DNA of 64,000 bases from Parcubacteria group bacterium (lineage in GTDB: Bacteria; Patescibacteriota; Patescibacteriia; Patescibacteriales; GWC2-42-12), in the NCBI GenBank assembly GCA_016188785.1, contig JACPHD010000020.1, positions 3,306 to 67,305 on the forward strand. The letters are read 5' to 3'. Within the stretch, counting starts at the first letter, position 1, and every line of letters begins with the position of its first letter. The notes under the pieces were generated by a model that saw nothing but the letters and a program-made list of their open reading frames with translations, did not search any database and was not told the DNA's origin. A program made the position numbers and the translations under genes. Below, piece after piece: positions 60,178 to 64,000 of the stretch.

Positions 60178-61356
60178 ATGAAAATATATTTTATCGGTCA
60201 AAAAGGCTTGCCGGCTATATATGGCGGAGTAGAAAAGCATGTTGAAGAGTTGTCAACGCGCCTGGTTAAGGCCGGGCATGAAGTTTTCGTCTATACCCGG
60301 CCTAATTATACGGCTAAAAATTTAACAAAGTATCAGGGCGTTAATTTAATCAGCCTGTCGGCTATCGCCACTAAGCATTTAGACGCTATCAGCCATACTT
60401 TCCGCGCCTGCCTGGATTTAAGAAAACGCCAAGTTGATCTTATCCATTTTCATTCTATCGGCCCCTCGTCTTTAATTTGGCTGGTTAAATTATTAAAACC
60501 CGGCGTGCCGGTGGTTTTTACTTTTCATACTAAATGTTATGAGCATAAAAAATGGGGCCGTTTGGCCAGACTGGCGTTAAAAATAGGCGAGCGCATCGCC
60601 TGCCGCCTGGCTGATAAAGTGATTGTAATTTCGCCGTCGCTTTATGAATATGTTTTGGTTAAATATAAGATTGGCGCGGCTTATATCCCTAATGGAGTAA
60701 GCCGGCCTAAAATAGTTAAAGCCGATAAAATAAAAAAATTGGGTTTAAAAAAGGATAATTATATTTTAGCGGTTAGCCGGCTGGTCGGGCATAAAGGCCT
60801 GCAATATTTAATCGCGGCTTATAAAAATTTAAGGACTAACAAGAAGTTAGTCATAGTCGGCGGCGGCGCTTATACTGATAATTATGTTAAAGAATTGACA
60901 GCCGCGGCTCAAGGCAATAAAAATATAATTTTTACCGGCAATCAAACCGGTGCGGAACTGGCTGAATTATTTTCTAACGCTTATGTTTTCGTTCAGCCAT
61001 CCGAGTCAGAAGGGCTGTCCATTTCTTTACTGGAAGCCATGTCTTATAAAAATTGCGTTTTGGTAAGCGATATCAGGGAAAATATTGACGCGGCGGGAAA
61101 TTGCGGCTTTAGTTTTAAAAACAAAAATGTTAAAAGCCTGCAAATGAAATTGTCATATTTGTTGAAACACTCTGTTCTGGTAAAAAAGCAGGGCCGGTTA
61201 GCCGGATTAAGAGTTGGCCAGAATTATAATTGGCCCGGCTTAATTTCCGCTACCATAAAAATTTATCAGCAAACCTTAACCGACGCGAGTCAGCGGCCAC
61301 ATCATTTTTTTAGGTTAAAACTATTAAGAAGAATAGTGGCTATGTTTATGTTGTAA
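60178..61356 (+). CDS. glycosyltransferase family 4
   Basis: 392 aa. GLPAIYGGVEKHVEEL, VSRLVGHKG, and SESEGLSISLLEAMSYKNCVLVSD. Confidence 0.85.
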   Translation: MKIYFIGQKGLPAIYGGVEKHVEELSTRLVKAGHEVFVYTRPNYTAKNLTKYQGVNLISLSAIATKHLDAISHTFRACLDLRKRQVDLIHFHSIGPSSLIWLVKLLKPGVPVVFTFHTKCYEHKKWGRLARLALKIGERIACRLADKVIVISPSLYEYVLVKYKIGAAYIPNGVSRPKIVKADKIKKLGLKKDNYILAVSRLVGHKGLQYLIAAYKNLRTNKKLVIVGGGAYTDNYVKELTAAAQGNKNIIFTGNQTGAELAELFSNAYVFVQPSESEGLSISLLEAMSYKNCVLVSDIRENIDAAGNCGFSFKNKNVKSLQMKLSYLLKHSVLVKKQGRLAGLRVGQNYNWPGLISATIKIYQQTLTDASQRPHHFFRLKLLRRIVAMFML

Positions 61357-61357
61357 G

Positions 61358-61589
61358 TTGAATTTATTATTGTCATTGCGGTAGTTGCCTCCGGATTGTC
61401 ATTGCGGCCTCCGAGCCGCAATCCAGGTTTCAACGCCACGAATATTCTATTTAACAATCAACTCAACCAACCGAACTGCCTACGGGTTTAACCTGCCGCG
61501 CCCGCCATGCGAGCCGCAAGGCGAGGCGGGCGGGGATTCCCCCCGCCCCGCATTTGCGGGGCGGGGCGGGAATGACAAGAAAGAAAAGC
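61358..61589. repeat. 232-bp composite of GTCATTGCGG/GGAATGAC and GC-rich palindromic repeats bounded by a 20-bp direct repeat
   Basis: GGCTATGTTTATGTTGTAAG occurs at 61338-61357 and at 61590-61609. The interior shares GTCATTGCGGCCTCCGAGCCGCAATCCAGG and ACCGAACTGCCTACGG with the unit at 19447-19578. Confidence 0.8.
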
Positions 61590-61691
61590 GGCTATGTTTA
61601 TGTTGTAAGGAGAGGAGGGAATGAACATTGACAATTAAGTAAGTGGTGGCGAAAAAGGGAAAATTAAAAAAACAAGAAGAGGAGAAAGGCA

Positions 61692-63272
61692 ATGAGAAAA
61701 TTGGTAGTTTCTTTGGCCATGGCAATGTTTTTGGCGTTGACGATCATCGGTCAGAGTTGGGCAGGCAAGGCACCTAAACCGCCTAAACCGGTAAAAAACG
61801 ATAGTATTATCAAATCGGTAGTATCAGCCAAAATGCTGCCTGATTTCAGGTGGCATTATGTTTTAAAGCTGAAAAAGTCAGCCAAAAGTAAGAGCCTGCC
61901 TTTTCTGCCCTTCGCTATGGGGGAATTTGATGAATGGCAAGTGCAGGATTTGGACGCGCCCAAGAGCAAGAAGTATTATCTCCTGGAGATCATTACTTTC
62001 AACCGCGAAATCGCATTAACTTATGGCGGCTGGTATGATCAGGCTTTACCACCAGAGAAGTGGAACTGGGCGGCCATCCAGAAATCAAAATTCTATGACA
62101 AAGACAGAAAAGTTTTGGTCATAGGATTTTATAACGGCCAGCTGTACAAAAAAGGCACGGCTCCGTTCGCGCCGGCGCCGGGCAAGTTTGGCGATAACGT
62201 CATCCGCTTTGACATCAGCGGCGACCAGCTGACCGCGTATTTTAATAATAACACGGTGAACGGCTCGGTGGCACATCCGGTCTATATGGCCAATGTGCAA
62301 AAATGGGCGGTCAATCCCCAGCTGATTCAAGATTCGGATGGCTGGGGTAGTACCATATTTCAAGTCCAGTTTCCGCTAACTTTAAAAGTTAATTTTAGCG
62401 GAGACGATGAAAGCGGCAGCTGGGCCGATATATCTTCGTCCAACTATTATTACCGGGACGAGGATGGCAGTCAGTATCTGCAGGCTTGCTTTGATCCAGA
62501 TCAAAGCCGAAAGGTTGCCGCTCTCGCCGACGTGGCTGAAGTGAGCATAACTGCGTGCAAAGTGATACTCAACTTTGAACCGGTTAAGCTACTTTCCAGG
62601 CAGCGGCTTCCAGACTTGCGTTGGCAGTACCAGCTTGGCCTGGATAAATATAGCATTATCGGACCCAGATTGTTGCCTAGCGTCATCACCGACGTGATCA
62701 ATAATTTTGCGGTGACGGCGCTGAAGGACGAAGATGGCGACGGCTTTTATGAAGTCGTCATTGAGACTTTTAACAGGGAAATTAGCCTGAATTATGGCGA
62801 TAACTTGGGCGACCCGGATTTAAGTAAAAGGAGATTTGCCGATGTTAGACATTCGGTTTTCTGGAGCCAGGTCAGCCAGACCTTAATTATTGGTCTGCAT
62901 GAAGGCGCGCTGTTTACCAAAGGCCGAGCGCCTTTCGCGGCTCCGCCCGGAGCTCAAGGAGATGATTTTTTAAGATTCAATTTTGACGGCCACAAACTGG
63001 CCGTCTACTTTAACAATGGTAGGGTCAATGGTTCTGTTGCCAAGCCGTTTAAAATGTGGAATCTTGATCGCTGGGTTCCCGCAAACCAGCTGATTGAAGA
63101 TTCAAATGGCTGGGGCAAAGCCGAAGTTGAAGTTGGCCTGCCTTTAACTCTTGATCTAACCTACGGCGGAGACCAGGCCGGCAACTCCTGGGTTACCGGA
63201 ATGCAAAACAGCATGTTCTTTTTTAAAGATCCGTTAAGCGGAGATGAATTTTTCCGCGTGTGCATTCAATAA
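61692..63272 (+). CDS. secreted protein built from two tandem ~250-aa homologous modules
   Basis: 526 aa with a signal peptide. The modules align: LPDFRWHY/LPDLRWQY, ITFNREIALTYGG/ETFNREISLNYGD, YFNNNTVNGSVAHP/YFNNGRVNGSVAKP, and QDSDGWG/EDSNGWG. A strong SD (AGGAGA) precedes the gene. Confidence 0.7.
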   Translation: MRKLVVSLAMAMFLALTIIGQSWAGKAPKPPKPVKNDSIIKSVVSAKMLPDFRWHYVLKLKKSAKSKSLPFLPFAMGEFDEWQVQDLDAPKSKKYYLLEIITFNREIALTYGGWYDQALPPEKWNWAAIQKSKFYDKDRKVLVIGFYNGQLYKKGTAPFAPAPGKFGDNVIRFDISGDQLTAYFNNNTVNGSVAHPVYMANVQKWAVNPQLIQDSDGWGSTIFQVQFPLTLKVNFSGDDESGSWADISSSNYYYRDEDGSQYLQACFDPDQSRKVAALADVAEVSITACKVILNFEPVKLLSRQRLPDLRWQYQLGLDKYSIIGPRLLPSVITDVINNFAVTALKDEDGDGFYEVVIETFNREISLNYGDNLGDPDLSKRRFADVRHSVFWSQVSQTLIIGLHEGALFTKGRAPFAAPPGAQGDDFLRFNFDGHKLAVYFNNGRVNGSVAKPFKMWNLDRWVPANQLIEDSNGWGKAEVEVGLPLTLDLTYGGDQAGNSWVTGMQNSMFFFKDPLSGDEFFRVCIQ

Positions 63273-63291
63273 GGAGCAAGATAAACTTTTA

Positions 63292-63335
63292 CCCCCGCAA
63301 GGTTTTAACAAAAAACCGAGCGGGGGTTTTATTTT
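63292..63335 (+). terminator. intrinsic terminator
   Basis: CCCCCGC-AA-GGTTTT-AAC-AAAAAACC-GA-GCGGGGG followed by TTTTATTTT. Confidence 0.8.
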
Positions 63336-63360
63336 GAATTATATGAGAACTTATAAATTC

Positions 63361-63434
63361 GTCATGCCTGCGAAAGCAGGCATCCAGAAATTACACGAAG
63401 ATTTTTTCTGGATTCCTGCCTGCGCAGGAATGAC
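63361..63434. mobile_element. minimal (74-nt) member of the GTCAT..CCAG / CTGGATTCC..GGAATGAC TIR family
   Basis: GTCATGCCTGCGAAAGCAGGCATCCAG-20 nt-CTGGATTCCTGCCTGCGCAGGAATGAC. Confidence 0.75.
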
Positions 63435-63494
63435 GATACTTGTCGGATAATCTGTTTATTTGTAAATACTTCTTTATTCTGCTAAATTTATTTC

Positions 63495-63950
63495 ATGACA
63501 TTATTTATCAATACAACCTATAATGACCAGGTTCTGATTATGTTAAAACATGGCGATGGTTCAGTCTTGGCCAGTAAAAAATTCAAAGCGCGTTTTCGGC
63601 AGAGTGAAAAGCTTTTGCCGGCCATAGATAAACTGCTTAAAGACAATCAATTAAAATTAAGTGATTTGAGCGGCCTGGAAGTGGAAAACCGCGGCGGTTC
63701 GTTCACCCCGTTAGAAAAACCTTTTCTAACGGGGTTCACAGCTTTGCGTATCGGCGTGGTTACGGCCAACGCCCTGGCCTACGCGCTGGCAATTCCGCTT
63801 ATGGCGGCCGGAAGCAAAAAGTTAAAAATTAAAAGCCAAAAATTTTCCGTAGTTGAGCCTTTATATGACCGAGAGCCGGAGATAACAGTTAAAAAGATTT
63901 CTATTTCTGTCATTGCGGCCTCCGAGCCGCAATCCAGGAGTAAACCGTAA
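63495..63950 (+). CDS. tsaB: tRNA t6A37 biosynthesis protein TsaB (YeaZ-like), short, with a hairpin insertion in its conserved motif and a repeat-derived C-terminal tail
   Basis: 151 aa. GGSFT[PLEKPFLTGFT]ALRIGVVTANALAYAL compares with the canonical G(P)GSFTGxRIG(x)A motif. The last ~14 residues (VIAASEPQSRSKP) are read from a GTCATTGCGG repeat. Confidence 0.7.
   Translation: MTLFINTTYNDQVLIMLKHGDGSVLASKKFKARFRQSEKLLPAIDKLLKDNQLKLSDLSGLEVENRGGSFTPLEKPFLTGFTALRIGVVTANALAYALAIPLMAAGSKKLKIKSQKFSVVEPLYDREPEITVKKISISVIAASEPQSRSKP
63706..63734. repeat. CCCCGTTAGA...TCTAACGGGG hairpin element, copy 4 (inside tsaB)
   Basis: CCCCGTTAGAAAAACCTTTTCTAACGGGG, flanked by the direct repeat GTTCAC (63701-63706 and 63734-63739). 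Confidence 0.85.
63909..63938. repeat. left-end unit of the GTCATTGCGG...CGCAATCCAGG repeat at the tsaB 3' end
   Basis: GTCATTGCGGCCTCCGAGCCGCAATCCAGG is identical to 61395-61424. Confidence 0.85.
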
Positions 63951-64000
63951 TAATCTAATTTTAATTTCTAATTGTTTTAATATCGCAATTTATTGTTTTT

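Noticed and set aside
1-64000. Alternative genetic code (UGA recoding, as in some CPR lineages)
   Set aside because: Conserved proteins are full length under the standard code and several (for example rfbD) terminate at TGA. No conserved gene is broken by in-frame TGA.

Overview
This is a low-GC, gene-dense bacterial window. Compact housekeeping genes, a salvage-type nucleotide cluster, and core genes that mostly lack Shine-Dalgarno sequences suggest a Patescibacteria/CPR (Parcubacteria-like) genome, but that is inference only; no database search was possible. The standard genetic code fits: conserved proteins are full length and some end at TGA. No rRNA, CRISPR array, transposase, integrase or reverse transcriptase is visible.

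Gene content, in order:
- A vWA/MIDAS protein, possibly 5'-partial.
- A cell-envelope glycan locus: DedA, GT4 and GT2 glycosyltransferases, rfbB-rfbD-rfbA, and a methyltransferase.
- murC, an MsbA-like ABC exporter, and PBP2.
- A CIRCE-controlled heat-shock locus: hrcA, a NUDIX-GrpE fusion, hsp20, dnaK, an Avd-like four-helix-bundle gene, and dnaJ.
- miaB and miaA.
- A minus-strand dNTP/thymidylate cluster: gatB, tmk, a kinase, NUDIX, folA, thyA, (ndk), an HD protein, dcd, and dCMP deaminase.
- secE-nusG-rplK-rplA.
- A membrane-anchored Clp/Hsp100 ATPase, a WecA/MraY-like transferase, rplU, ybaB-recR, and dnaB.
- A GIY-YIG gene next to tRNA-Lys, an MFS transporter, a nested pair of tRNA-Thr genes, and mtaB.
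- A second glycan locus: Wzz, an O-antigen-ligase-like protein, a radical SAM protein, and GT4 glycosyltransferases. It is interrupted by a higher-GC island of secreted/LysM/lipoprotein genes that carry strong SD sites. tsaB closes the window.

The dominant unusual feature is saturation with several families of short palindromic, non-autonomous repeats:
- GTCATTGCGAG/GTCATTCC...GGAATGAC elements with terminal inverted repeats.
- GC-rich CGCAAGC palindromes.
- CCCCGTTARA...TYTAACGGGG hairpins.
- AT-rich heptamer-tiled palindromes.

These repeats sit in intergenic regions, in-frame inside conserved enzymes (TsaB GSFTGxRIG motif, MtaB, MiaB, MiaA, MurC, GrpE), and inside tRNA genes.

Most notable findings:
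- A tRNA-Thr(UGU) gene is split in its anticodon loop by an insert that carries a second, intact tRNA-Thr(UGU).
- A GIY-YIG cassette is associated with a 26-nt duplication of the tRNA-Lys 5' end.
- A 102-nt motif occurs twice upstream of glycosyltransferase genes, with a conserved core and a fully covarying 23-bp stem.
- The SD-bearing, GC-shifted surface-protein island.
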